Below, one piece after another: positions 1 through 12,125 of a DNA stretch of 64,000 nt. The notes below the pieces were generated by a model, which ran no database searches, was not told the origin of the DNA, and worked only from the letters and a program-made list of their open reading frames with translations. The position numbers and the translations under genes are program-made. How positions within the stretch are numbered: position 1 is the first letter of the stretch; every line of letters starts with the position of its first letter. The stretch spans positions 162,008,001 through 162,072,000 of the forward strand of contig NC_058368.1 in NCBI RefSeq assembly GCF_018350175.1, in the 5' to 3' direction. The DNA is from Felis catus (lineage: Eukaryota).

Positions 1-71
1 CTTCTCTCTCTGCCCCTCCTCTGCTTGTGCTCTCTCTCTCAAAAATGAACAAACATCAAAAAATGAATAAA
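1..71 (+). mobile_element. 3' end of a Can-SINE, cut by the window edge
   Basis: CT-rich tract CTCTCTGCCCCTCC followed by an A-rich tail. Confidence 0.8.
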
Positions 72-375
72 TGATTGTATGTTTTCATTACTTACAACGT
101 TGACTTCATAATTGTCACAGACAATATGTCTCTTTAAAATACTTGTATTAACTAAAAATTTTAAGTGATAAAAACTTAACAATTTCCTAATGCTGCCTTT
201 TCTTCTTTGTAATTTTTCAGGATGACAATATTGTCACCATTTTAATAAAACCTGCATGCTTAAGATTCCTGTCTGACCCCCATAAGAAATAGCCATATCT
301 AAATCTGTCTCTCAGCTACTACTCCCATGCTATGTATCCTCAAGATGGGAATCATTAATAGCAATTACTAGTTTA

Positions 376-605
376 GGGGCGCCTGGGTGGCGCAGTCGGT
401 TAAGCGTCCGACTTCAGCCAGGTCACGATCTCGCGGTCCGTGAGTTCGAGCCCCGCGTCCGGCTCTGGGCTGATGGCTCAGGGCCTGGAGCCTGTTTCTG
501 ATTCTGTGTCTCCCTCTCTCTCTGCCCCTCCCCCGTTCATGCTCTGTCTCTCTCTGTCCCCAAAATAAATAAACGTTGAAAAAAAAATTAAAAAAAAAAA
601 AAAGA
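376..605 (+). mobile_element. Young felid Can-SINE (SINEC_Fc-type)
   Basis: GGGGCGCCTGGGTGGCGCAGTCGGTTAAGCG head, CpG-rich, A tail, TSD AATTACTAGTTT (363-374 / 606-617). Confidence 0.95.
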
Positions 606-1900
606 AATTACTAGTTTGGTGCTTGAAATAAGTCCAATCATATTAAACTGTATACAGGAAATTAAAAATATTTCAGGATTCTATTAAATAGTTTAATATG
701 TATGGTAAATAACTTTTATTCTCTGTATATTCATGAAAGGAATAGGATATTTTTAGAAGGCATATAATTTACATAGTTTATCAAAGTTATATATGTCTGT
801 AATATGTAAACTAATTTTCTTTCTTAGAAAGTTCCATATGAAAAACCATAGTGGGAAACCAGATACATGAATGCATAAACATCACTAAAACTTAGACAAA
901 ATTTTAATGACCTAATTAGCTAAATTTTATCAAAAGTAACTTAAAGCTTAGATTAATTCACCTAAATAAGCACCCTAGTTCTTTCAGGCCATTACAGGAT
1001 TGGTTTCTGCTCAATAGGTTATTATAAGGATTAGTATATTTCTATTATGAATAAATCATTGCTGTCTGTGCCTCTTCTACTAGGGTAGGATCTTCTTCCT
1101 CTCTGTTTTGCTTCTTGCTTTATTTGACCATGGATTGTGGAAGTCATGGAAGACTTTCCATTAACATCTTAAGTGCTAAGTTTTTCATTCTGGACTTCAG
1201 AAGATCTTTATAACGTTTTGGCAGATAATTAATAATTTCACTTCTCATTTTATAAATTATTTATGTTCTGATGGTACACAGTACAGTGTAGTGGGAGGCC
1301 TAATTTTCCCATGAAGACATTTGCTATGTTGAATTAGAAGTTTTTGTTGTTGTTGTCTTTTTTTCTAAATGGGAACACAAGCTTAGGGTGTATTCAAGGG
1401 TTTATTTTTCTGTATCACTGAAAACAGCAGATGTTATTCTTGAAACAAGAAGGTTCTTCAAATGGGAAAAGGAAAACTTAGTAATAAAAGTATATAGTGT
1501 CATAAACCCATTTGTGCTTTAAAGTACAATGTAAGTGAGCTGTGGAAAATTTTAATTGTTTTTGGAAGTAGAGAATTTATGGTTGTGATTTATCTGTTGA
1601 TCTTTGTAAAGATGGTATAGAATATTATATTGTATATGTACATCTCAAACTAAAACCTGATTGAATATCGGCTAGCCACATGAATTATTTGTGCACTGGT
1701 TCTCTACCTACATAAACCATGATCTATATTTGCTGATATCAACATGGATTGCATCTAGCTCTTAGAAAGTTTGATGAAACAAGTGGATATGTCCTTGCAT
1801 ATGTATCTGTCAACAGTTGTGGTTGAGAAATCTAGTAAAAACTCACTTGAGTCCCAAGTGGTAGTTGTTATTCTTGTAGCCTGATATCATGCTGCTTTCT

Positions 1901-2121
1901 TTTTTTAAATTTTTTTTTCAACGTTTATTTATTTTGGGGACAGAGAGAGACAGAGCATGAACGGGGGATGGGCAGAGAGAGAGGGAGACAAAGAATCGGA
2001 AACAGGCTCCAGGCTCTGAGCCATCAGCCCAGAGCCTGACGCGGGGCTTGAACTCACGGACTGCGAGATCGTGACCTGGCTGAAGTCGGATGTTTAACCA
2101 ACTGCGCCACCCAGGCGCCCC
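1901..2121 (-). mobile_element. Young felid Can-SINE
   Basis: Perfect TSD TCATGCTGCTTTCT (1887-1900 / 2122-2135). Confidence 0.95.
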
Positions 2122-2184
2122 TCATGCTGCTTTCTATGTCACTCTTCTTCATGCAAAATGATACAGTGGTGGATTATTTTGCAT

Positions 2185-2400
2185 TTGTCATTTACTCTAC
2201 CTAGAAAGTTCTTTTTCTAGACCTGTTTTGGCTTCCTGTGTCATTTTATTCAGATCTTTGCCCAAATGTCACCTTCTCAGTAAAGTAATCCCTAACTACC
2301 TTTTTAAACCTGAAACTACCTCTTCTCTGATATTTTCTATTCTGATTCCCTGATATATATTTCTCTATAACATTTGTCTTGATCCAGTTTAGCAACATAG
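2185..2400 (+). mobile_element. L2 LINE fragment
   Basis: TTCAGATCTTTGCCCAAATGTCACCTTCTCAGT.AAG...TCCCTAACTACC is a classic L2 3' motif. It continues at ~2750-2820 (CTAGAATGTAATCTC). Confidence 0.6.
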
Positions 2401-2420
2401 TTTGTGTGTATGTGAGTGTT

Positions 2421-2704
2421 AAGGTCACTAGATAAAAAGCAGGATTTCAGTTAAATCTGAATTTCAAATAAAAGTATTTCTAAATACTGCCTGGGATATA
2501 TTTATAATAAAAACATTATTTGTTATTTACTAGAAATACACATTTAATGATGCATCTTAATATGCAATATATGAGACATACATATAATTAAAATACAGTA
2601 TATGGTACCATCATTTAACCATGAAACATTTGGGACATTCTTGCATGAAAATTTATTTGTTGTTTATCTGAAATTAAAATTTCACTGGCTTTTTTGTATT
2701 TTCA

Positions 2705-2705
<1 letters not shown>
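2421..2705. mobile_element. MER53-like palindromic hAT MITE (apparently compound) inside an L2 remnant
   Basis: AGATAAAAAGCAGGATTTCAGTTAAATCTGAATTTCAAATAAA at the left and TTGTTGTTTATCTGAAATTAAAATTTCACTGG..TTTTTGTATTTT at the right are inverted copies matching the recalled MER53 arms. Confidence 0.65.
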
Positions 2706-2707
<2 letters not shown>

Positions 2708-2741
<34 letters not shown>

Positions 2742-2742
2742 C
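2708..2742. repeat. (TG)n microsatellite
   Basis: Directly visible. Confidence 0.95.
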
Positions 2743-4387
2743 GCATATGTCCCCAGCTAGAATGTAATCTCTGTTAGGGAATTTTTGTGGTTGAACTCAT
2801 TGCCATAGAGATGAACAAATAAATAGTGAACAGTACATATCTAAGAGTGAATTAGGTTGCTTGACTCTTGGTAGTCTAAGTTTTATTATTTGTTGAATTA
2901 GGACAACAATATCTACCTACAAGGATTTGGTGAAGTTTAAAAGAAATGGTATATGTGAAAGCTTTGCACATTATCTAGCAAGGTAGTATTTTTTTAATAC
3001 AGGTTTGCTTTTATTTCCACATTCTACTTGTTAAGAGAATGTTAACGGTCTTAGGATTATTCATTCTTTTGCATTCATTGTCATTATAGTTATTATCGTT
3101 ACTATCCTTAATCATAATAAGGGCCTCCAAATATTCAAGGTGAAGAACTTGCAAAATTTTGAAGTTTTTGGTATGAGAAATGTCATTAACTGTTTCCCCT
3201 AGAATGATTCCAAGAGAGTTTTCCTTTGCTTCTGAAAGACATATTATTCAATGTCTATTAAGTCCAATTGGATTTCAACAATATTTTTCTATTTTTGATG
3301 ATACAAAAATAACAGATTTTTTATCTTTCCTCATTTGGGAAGGCACAAAAGAAGGCAAACCAAAGAAATCAATAAAGGTTTACACCGAGCCTATAAAATG
3401 ATACTTTCAATGTTACATCTCATTTTTAAATAGAAGTCTGTTATAGATAGGAGGAGGGTATAGGTAGTGGGAAATGCTTGGTTAGCAATTGTAAAACTGT
3501 TTAAATAACACCATTTCAAAACTTGGAATTTCCTTGTTTTCAGAAAAAAGTGGTGAATCCATCAAATGCACTTTAATGCATTTAGTGCTGCTTGTGTTCT
3601 ACAAGGAAACTCACCTAAAAAGTAGAGTGCCATGATGGGCAGGGTTCGGTCCTCTGGAAAACAGTGCTGTCTCCTCTTCCACTAACCATATAGAGCAACT
3701 GGCTTTGTTACATCTAATACAGGGCATAACACATTGGTGCTTTTTCTCAGAGTAGCATCATGATTTCTTTAGAAATCAGGTTTACATAGGTTTAATCAAT
3801 AGATGCTTGCTTTCAAAGATGGTTTTCAAAGTGATTATTTTCTATAACTCATAGTGTAATTCAAACTTCTCTTAGGAAACAACATTTACATACACTTTAG
3901 TGAATATTCCTATGAAGTGAGAAATATTTTGGAATTCATACAATCACACTCTAACTTAGCTTTTCTGTAAATGTGAACATTCACAAGGTTATTTTATTTT
4001 ATATAGTTGGAGAACATCTAGTAAGCACGAGATAGCCTTAAAGCCAGATATTAGTTAGAATTTTCTTGTGATTATATCACTATAAAATTAAACAGATATT
4101 TAATGTCTCATATGGTGATAGTCACTGTTAACAGTGTTCTTTTGAGCATAAGACACCAAGTAAAAAAGGGACATGATACTAAAATTTTTATTTTTTATTT
4201 TTACAAGTACACTTACCTATCAGAATCCCCACAGTTCTAAAATGCACATCAGAATATGCATAATCTTGAATTTTCACATAAAGAACTTTAATAATATGCA
4301 CAGAGAAGTCTATTTCTGAATTTTTCATTTACTGTTCTCTGTTGTGGAAGCAAAACACAGAAATTATGAGTGCAGACTTAATTATTA

Positions 4388-4485
4388 TATTTTTTAAGCA
4401 AGCTGTATGCCCAGTTTGGTGTCTGAATTTACAACCTTGAGATCAAGAGTTGCCTGCCCCACCATTTCAGCCAGCCAGGTACCAC
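4388..4485 (-). mobile_element. Older short Can-SINE
   Basis: Degenerate tRNA-like head (GAGATCAAGAGT...AGCCAGCCAGGTACC). Confidence 0.7.
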
Positions 4486-4700
4486 ATGAGCATAGATGGT
4501 AGCTCCTACTTAGCCACTTACTACTCATGTAATCCTGTAAAATTTCTTATTTTCAAAGCCAGAGTGTGCTAATTTGATTAACGCGGGACTATAATACCAT
4601 GAGACCCGAAGACCTTTAGTGATTATATGGTGACATAGGTCATGAAGGGTGCTTACCACCAAACCTGGTATATGTTTAACACATAAATTGTGATTTTTTA

Positions 4701-4929
4701 TTTTATTTTATTTTTTTAAATTTTTTTTCAACGTTTATTTATTTTTGGGACAGAGAGAGACAGAGCATGAACGGGGGAGGGGCAGAGAGAGGGAGACATA
4801 GAATCGGAAACAGGCTCCAGGCTCTGAGCCATCAGCTCAGAGCCTGACGCGGGGCTCGAACTCACGGACCGCGAGATCGTGACCTGGCTGAAGTCGGACG
4901 CTTAACCGACTGCGCCACCCAGGCGCCCC
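4701..4929 (-). mobile_element. Young felid Can-SINE
   Basis: Near-consensus sequence, TSD TAAATTGTGATTTTTTA (4684-4700 / 4930-4946). Confidence 0.95.
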
Positions 4930-4946
4930 TAAATTGTGATTTTTTA

Positions 4947-5153
4947 ATGATTTTTTTTGATATTTATGTTTGAGAGAGAGAGACAGAGAGAGAGCAGGGG
5001 AGGGGCAGAGAGAAGGAGACAGAATCTGAAGCAAGCTCCAGGCTCTGAGCTGTCAGCACACAGACCAACACCGGGCTCGAACTCAGGAACCGTGAGATCA
5101 TGACCTGAGCTGGGAGTCGGACACCCAACTGACTGAGCCACCCAGGTGCCCCC
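4947..5153 (-). mobile_element. Can-SINE (older subfamily)
   Basis: Full head and CT tract, directly adjacent to the younger copy. Confidence 0.9.
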
Positions 5154-5416
5154 ATAAACTGAAATTCTTACTATCATTTTATATCATCTCATCAAGATAT
5201 GATTACAACCACTTTGAATTTGAAGAACTCATGACTCTCTTGACTGTTATTAGTATTAATATCATTTTAGTTATTAAAAATATTAAAGTTTAATGTTATA
5301 GACAATCATTACATAAATATGCTTATATATTCATTCTGCACATATGTACATTTTACATGCCATTCTTGCTTTTTTGAGAAAAGAACTGTCATAAATTTTA
5401 ACTACATTTTCATATT

Positions 5417-5601
5417 TTATTTTTTAATATTTATTAATTTTGAGAGATATAGCACACAAGCTCATGAATGGGAGAGAAGCAGAAGGAGAGGGAGAAAGTG
5501 AATCTCAAACAGGCTCCACCTGTCAGTGTGAACTGCGAGATCAATACCTGAGCATAAATCAAGACTGGGACACTTAACTGAATGAGCCACCCAGGCACCC
5601 C
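5417..5601 (-). mobile_element. Can-SINE with internal deletion
   Basis: Flanked by ACA(T/C)TTTCATATTTTA-like TSD. Confidence 0.85.
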
Positions 5602-6420
5602 ACACTTTCATATTTTAAAGTAAGGAGGATAAATAGGTTACTTAAAAATTACTATTATCCATACACTTTGCAGGATGCTAATTTCTAACTTTTATTTGGT
5701 AGAAGTCTTTGTATTTTGATTAACTATACTACGATTATAAGAGCTTGTGATTTAGGTAACATGTAAATGAATTTAAGTGATATTTGCATACTAAGACTCA
5801 TTTAATCATAATATTCGTAATCAAGTGAAAATCGTTTTAGGTAAGTGTAGCTTTAATGAATGTAGTGAATTACCTTTAATTTGCAAATGAGTGCTTTTAA
5901 ATAATGCTTTTAAAATTTGACTTAATATAGAAAAAACATTGATCATTCTCTTAAAATTTTAACGAAAATACTGGAAGCTGACAAGTTTAATTCAACCATT
6001 TTTCTTTGTTTCTGAATGGGAAGTTTTAAAATATCTTATTAACCTATTGTATAATAAATAACAGTATAATAAATCATAATAGTGGAGTCTATTAGTCAAA
6101 TCACTGACTAAGCCTTTTAAAATGATAAAATTCTACCTTCCAGTTAGTCACCATCTCATCTATAAAAGCGTATTCAGCTGAAAAATAAATCATGAGTTAC
6201 TGTACAACTTAAATTTCCTGGAAAATGGATCAAGTATGCATAATATAATTTGTATTGGTTTCTTGTACTCGCTTTATCAAAAAAAATTAAGAGATACCCA
6301 ATAGTTCCTAGTTCTATTAGAAATAAAGCAGAAATTTAATAAATGACTCAATTTAACATATTGGTAGCCATCTGTTAATGTGTGAAGTTAAATAATGCAG
6401 TTTAAAAATGTAAACATTTC

Positions 6421-6582
6421 TGGGTGCCTGGGTGGCTCAGTTGGTTAAGTGTCTGACTTCGACTCAGGTTGTGATCTCACAGCTCCTGAGTTCGAGCCCT
6501 ACGTCTAGCTCTGTGCTGACCGTTCAGAGACTCGAGCCTGCTTCAGATTCTGTGTCTTCCTCTCCCTCTGCTCTTCCCTTTC

Positions 6583-6649
<67 letters not shown>

Positions 6650-6662
6650 AATAAACATTAAA
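6421..6662 (+). mobile_element. Can-SINE with expanded (CT)n
   Basis: GGGTGCCTGGGTGGCTCAGTTGGTTAAG head, long CT repeat at 6585-6646, AATAAA tail. Confidence 0.92.
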
Positions 6663-6786
6663 GAATGTAGACATCTGAATCAGAAAGTCTGTGTTCCAAT
6701 CCTGCCATCACAGTTGCTTTATGACATTTGGAAAATTAGTTAACTTCTCTAACACTCATTTTTCTCACCTTTAAAATAGCAATAAT

Positions 6787-6917
6787 GAGGTGCCTGGGTG
6801 GGTCAACTGGTTAAGCGTCTGACACTTGATCTCAGCTCACGTCTCCATCTCATAGTCGTTATGTTCAAACCTCACACTGGGCTCTGCACTTGGCATGAAG
6901 CCTATTTAAAAATAAGA
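6787..6917 (+). mobile_element. Older short Can-SINE in a MIR
   Basis: TSD AAAATAGCAATAAT on both sides. Confidence 0.8.
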
Positions 6918-7306
6918 TAAAATAGCAATAATAGTATCTAGCTCATCTATTTGTTGAGTTATATCATGTTTGTCAATCTACCAGAAAATGAAATTACTTA
7001 ATAAAAATCAGCTATTACCATTATCACTACTATTTTCTAGAAGGAAAAACATTTTTATCAATATACTTCTTGATAATTTTGCCCACCTTTATTGGACTGG
7101 TTTAAGAAGAAAATTATAGGGTATGAAAGACCACCTATAGCAACCAGTAGTGGATAAATAATCTTTGATCTATCCACTGATATGGACATGAGTCCTCTGG
7201 TTTCCAAATGTGAGACTGACAAAAAATGTGTAGGGTGTATCCTCAGTTAGATTATGGGTGTTTGGAGTACTTAACTATAATGCATCCCATAAAACCGTTA
7301 GGGTCC

Positions 7307-7463
7307 TGGGGCAGTTGGGTGGCTCAGTCTGTTAAGTGTCTGATTTGGGCTCAGGTCATGATCTTACGATTCATGAGTTGGAGGCCCACATCAGGCTCTG
7401 TGCTGACAGCTCAGAGCCTGAAGCCTGCTTTGGATTCTGTCTCCCTCTCTCTCTCTTCTCCTC

Positions 7464-7506
<43 letters not shown>

Positions 7507-7527
7507 AATAAACATTAAAAAAAAAAA
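7307..7527 (+). mobile_element. Can-SINE
   Basis: tRNA head, (CT)n, AATAAA and A tail. Confidence 0.92.
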
Positions 7528-7881
7528 CCTGTTACAGTCCTCACTCTCTATCCCTTTCTCCCTATGAAACCCAGTTTCCATGTATCTTGTCCACTGTACC
7601 CATATTTAGATGTTTCTGTATTCCTTTGGGAAACCCACTCTGCGATTAAACATACCTGTAGGGGAACAACCCAGTTTTTATACCTTGAAGACAGGTTAAA
7701 AGTGGTTTATGGTCTGACACAAGCCCCATAAATTTGTGTAGTGTCAAAATTAAATTGGGCTGAAGTACAAACCCAATTGTGAATGACTTACTGTCAGGCA
7801 AGAAAATTTTGACTGAATGTACTATCTTTATACTATTTAAAAATGTGTTCCAAGATAAGATATTTTAAAAGTGAATGTTTT

Positions 7882-8092
7882 TGGGATGCCTGGATGGGTC
7901 AGTCAGTTAAGAGTCCAACTTCAGTTCAGGTCATGATCTCATAGCTTGTGAGTTCAAGCCCCACATTGGGCTCTGTGCTGACATCTTAAAGCCTGGAGCC
8001 TGCTTTGGATTCTGTGTCTTCTCTCTCTGCCCTTCCCCCTCTGAGGCTCTCTCTGTTTCTCTCTCTCTAAAAAATAAACACTAAAAAATTTA
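7882..8092 (+). mobile_element. Can-SINE
   Basis: TSD TAAAAGTGAATGTT on both sides. Confidence 0.92.
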
Positions 8093-8509
8093 TAAAAGTG
8101 AATGTTATTAAATATAGAAATAAAAAACATTAACTTAGTTTAAGGCTGTCATATCAAACCGGATATCCTCCTCTCCCCACAACCTCATTAGTTCTTTTTT
8201 ATAAATGAAGATCAAAGACTGGGAAAACATTGAGGTATTGGAGAAACTAAATTCAAAGAGGTAGATTACAGGTAAAGGATTCCTGTTTTTGAAGCACTAG
8301 GCATGCACACGCACACATACACATACAAACATGTCCCCAAAACATGGGAATGATAAATATGTGGTAGACAGTTAACTAATAGCCTGTACCTATTTACAAG
8401 TTCCATTTTTAATCTACAACTAATCTCTGTCTTCATAGTGATAATTATGAAGTCAGTAAAAATTCTACAAAATTACCCACAATCTGAAGCTCAAATTTTT
8501 TTTCTTTCA

Positions 8510-8620
8510 TTCTTTTTTAAATTTTATTTTGAAGTTCTCTCTACACCCAACATGGGGCTCAAACTTAAAACTCCAAGATCAAGAGTCTCATGCTCTACCA
8601 ACTGAACCAGCCAGGTGCCC
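8510..8620 (-). mobile_element. Older short Can-SINE
   Basis: GGGGCTCAAAC...AGATCAAGAGTCTCATGCTCTACCAACTGAACCAGCCAGGTGCCC. Confidence 0.8.
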
Positions 8621-9193
8621 TTAAAGTCAAATTTTAATGTGTCACAAAATTCTCAAACCATCTCAAATTTTTCTCAAATTTTCAGTGAAGATATTTCTAT
8701 ATTTTATTTGAAATACTCATAAATAGTAGAAGTACAGTCTACAGTGTACATATAGTCTCTGAATAAATTTGGACAATGGGAAAAAATGACAGAAATATTT
8801 TCTTTGAGTAATCATAGTGATCCCTTCCATCAAAGTCAGGTTCACAGAGACTCGTTAATGACCATGTAAAGGAGTTGCCATGTAGCAAACAAATAGGTAC
8901 ATCACTCAAACACACAAGCACATATACTGGAACTTGCTTGAAGCTTCCAGCTTGGTAGATCATTCTGAAATAGAAAATAACTTTGAATTTGACTAAGTCT
9001 GAAGAAAGATTAGATTTTAGGTTTATTAATTTAAGGATATTTTTGTCAACTTTTAATTTTCGTTTGCATTATATAAATTTCATAAAGATTTTTCTTTTGT
9101 TCAAATGTGATTTTTGAAATAGAAATATCAGATGGGTTTATTTTCAAAATATTGCAAAACAGAAAATGCTGTTATTACTTAAATAATAAGGAT

Positions 9194-9457
9194 GGGGCGC
9201 CTGGGTGGCGCAGTCGGTTAAGCGTCCGACTTCAGCCAGGTCACGATCTCGTGGTCCGTGAGTTCGAGCCCCGCGTCGGGCTCTGGGCTGATGGCTCAGA
9301 GCCTGGAGCCTGTTTCCGATTCTGTGTCTCCCTCTCTCTCTGCTCCTCCCCCGTTCACGCTCTGTCTCTCTCTGTCCCAAAAATAAATGTTGAAAAAAAA
9401 AAAAAAAGAACAGTTTAGGAAAACTTTAAAAAAATAAATAAATAAATAAATAAATAT
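9194..9457 (+). mobile_element. Young felid Can-SINE with a bipartite tail
   Basis: Near-consensus body, then poly(A), 20 nt of unique sequence and a second A-rich tail. TSD TAATAAGGA (9184-9192 / 9458-9466). Confidence 0.93.
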
Positions 9458-10494
9458 TAATAAGGAAAGTATATCTAGTTACATGAATATAATTAGTTAA
9501 GCCCATAGCTTTAAGTACAAGGAAGAGTTTCCCTTAGTTAATATGGATCATATGCATCTGTAGTTATGTCTCATTAGCATGACATTTTCTAACATAGAAC
9601 TAATTCTGGGAGCAAAATATTAACATTTTATCTTAGTTTTAAAATGTTGGCTTAGTTGATAAGTATAGTGCACAAGGCTTATTTTTTCTTAATTTAGCAT
9701 ATATTGATGAAGCACCCAGATAAATACCTAAGATGATGACAAATACTTCTTTCATATATAAAGGTAGTTTTATATGTACTATGATGTCAGAAGTATTACT
9801 GTAATGAATCTCCAATTTTCAGAGCTTGAAGAAAACATACTGTTTTTACTGGTTGTACATAAGGATGGAATGCCCTATCTAAATGTGCTTTCCACCATCC
9901 CAACCACATATCGACCCAGGCAAAACAAACAAACAAACGAACAATGATCCTGAATGAGCCATAATGACTGGAGAGATAGGGAGGAAAAGGGGATAAACCA
10001 AAAAGTATATTTCTATGCATAATAGTGCCAATTTTTATTTTTGTTGTTTTAGAACTGAATGTGTAGATACTAAACAATAGCTGGGTCTCTAAAAAGTCAA
10101 TTTATATCAATTCAGCAAACATTGTATTAAATACTGCAATTTGTCTTCCTCTGCACTAGACACTTAGAAATTAAAGTTGAAAAAATGAGGTACTTTTCCC
10201 CTTGAAGGAGTTCAGTGTAAAAATGAGTACAACATGAGTAAAATGGTTCTGGCAAGACAGTGAGTGATAGGCTAACAGCACAAACACACTACCATGAGAA
10301 CACAAATATGAATGTGACTAACTACCCTTGTTGAACAGCAGCAACCCTGCTGGATGAAAGAAATATGAACTGGACCATATATTGTAGTTAAGCATGTAAA
10401 GAAACTGTAGAAATGAAAAGGTTCAAAATGGCACAATGGTCATGAATATTAAATTTTGACTCCTTAACTATAATTTTTCTCAATAAAATTCAAG

Positions 10495-10630
10495 TGGGGT
10501 CATATGCAATGTCATATCCTAGATTAGATTCTGCAACAGAAAAAGAACAAAAGTAGAAAAACTGGTGAAATCCAAATAGCAACTAGAATTTAGGTAGCAG
10601 TAATATATTACCATATTTGTCTTAGCTATT
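10495..10630 (+). mobile_element. L1ME/MC-like 3' fragment
   Basis: ATGCAATGT...ATCCTAGATTAGATTCTG.AACAGAAAAAG.ACA..AGT.GAAAAACTGGTGAAATCCAAATA. Confidence 0.6.
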
Positions 10631-11909
10631 TATATTTATGATAGTCAAAGTCATTTTTCTTGGAGTGCTAACTTATTCCTGGCTCTCACACTGTAACAAC
10701 AGTTTGCAAGAATATTCCTACTGCCTTTAATGCACTCGGCATCCGAAAGGAAAATGCCTGCGAAACCCATTTTCTAATTTGAATGGATTCTATGGGGCTT
10801 GTAGTAGATTCCTCTAAAATGTAGAGCTTATAAATGAAAGAAACTTGATAAAGTTTTCAGCATATTTAACAAAATCCTAAAAGGGAAATAGCATTACCAA
10901 TAAAAAGTTGTGAATCTAAAAGAAACTTTTCTAAGTTATCAATAATAAAAACAAATTCCATAGACCATGCCAGAGGAAAGATTGAAATGTTTATTTCTCA
11001 ACTTTCAATTATTTCTATAAATACAAATGTATATAAATTAATTTATATAAATATTCACATTGTATCTTATTGAAGTTGTGTTTTTATATTATATATCTTA
11101 AAATGACTCCATCAAACTTTGTAAGCTGGAGGTCACAAAAGTACTAGATTCGTCTCTGTAAGAAGAGTCCTTCAAAATGATGGGAAATTAAAGCAATAAG
11201 TAAAAACAAAACAAGAAATACTTATCTAAACTGATTTGTTTGGCTTAGACCATAGAGAAAACAACAAAAAGATGAAAGAAGCAATTAGCAACCAACATTG
11301 TTAGAAGAGCCCATACCCTGAATGATCTGGCATTCATTAGCAAAACAAAATGCCTGTTTGCACAAAATGGGCATTTGGATGTATACTCTGCATACAGAGA
11401 GCAAAGATTGTCTAGGTTTGATGAACAACAATGTCTGTGTTATGGGAATAAATGGCAAAGAAGGAAAGGAATTGCATGAGTCCTTTATTGCTTTTGACTC
11501 TTATGTAAGGAGGAGGATTTTCAGAGATGAAACTAGGTGAATACTGGTCCCTTAACCCTGATGCATCACATCTAATGAGGGATGAGGCTAACTGTAGATG
11601 AGATGTTATAGCTGCTTACAGAATGATCCACCAAAATAAAAAAAAGAAAGAAAGAAAGAAAACAAGGATTTTATGCTCAAACTGACCTGAGTTTCCTGAG
11701 TTGAGTCTTGAAACCTGTAATAACTATGTTGTGTAAGACTCATAGATCACTTCCTGACCGTACTCTGAAAATAGTGTTTAACCAATGGCTCTTTAAGAGA
11801 GATGCTAAATGCTGGTTCCCTGAAAATTAACAGAATCATTATGGAATAGATTTTCATATGGCCAATAAACATGACTCATGAAGAGTAGATGGTCATGATG
11901 GTCAACATG

Positions 11910-12125
11910 CAAATTCTGTGGCCAGACTGCTTAGACTTATGTGTAAGCACTACCAATGAATAATGCCAGGACATCAGGCAAGTTACTCAGTCTCTCTGTG
12001 AGTAGATTTCTTCATCTATACAATGGGAATAATGATAAAACCTATCCCAAGTTTTGTGATGAGATTAATGGAGTCAACATTCTCAAAGTAATTAGAACAA
12101 CACCTGGAACATAATGTAAAGGTGT
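11910..12125 (+). mobile_element. MIR SINE
   Basis: GGCAAGTTACTCAGTCTCTCTGTG....ATTTCTTCATCTATACAATGGGAATAATGATA core. Confidence 0.75.

Noticed and set aside
376..460. tRNA-like A/B boxes in SINE heads
   Set aside because: These are the tRNA-derived heads of Can-SINEs, not tRNA genes.
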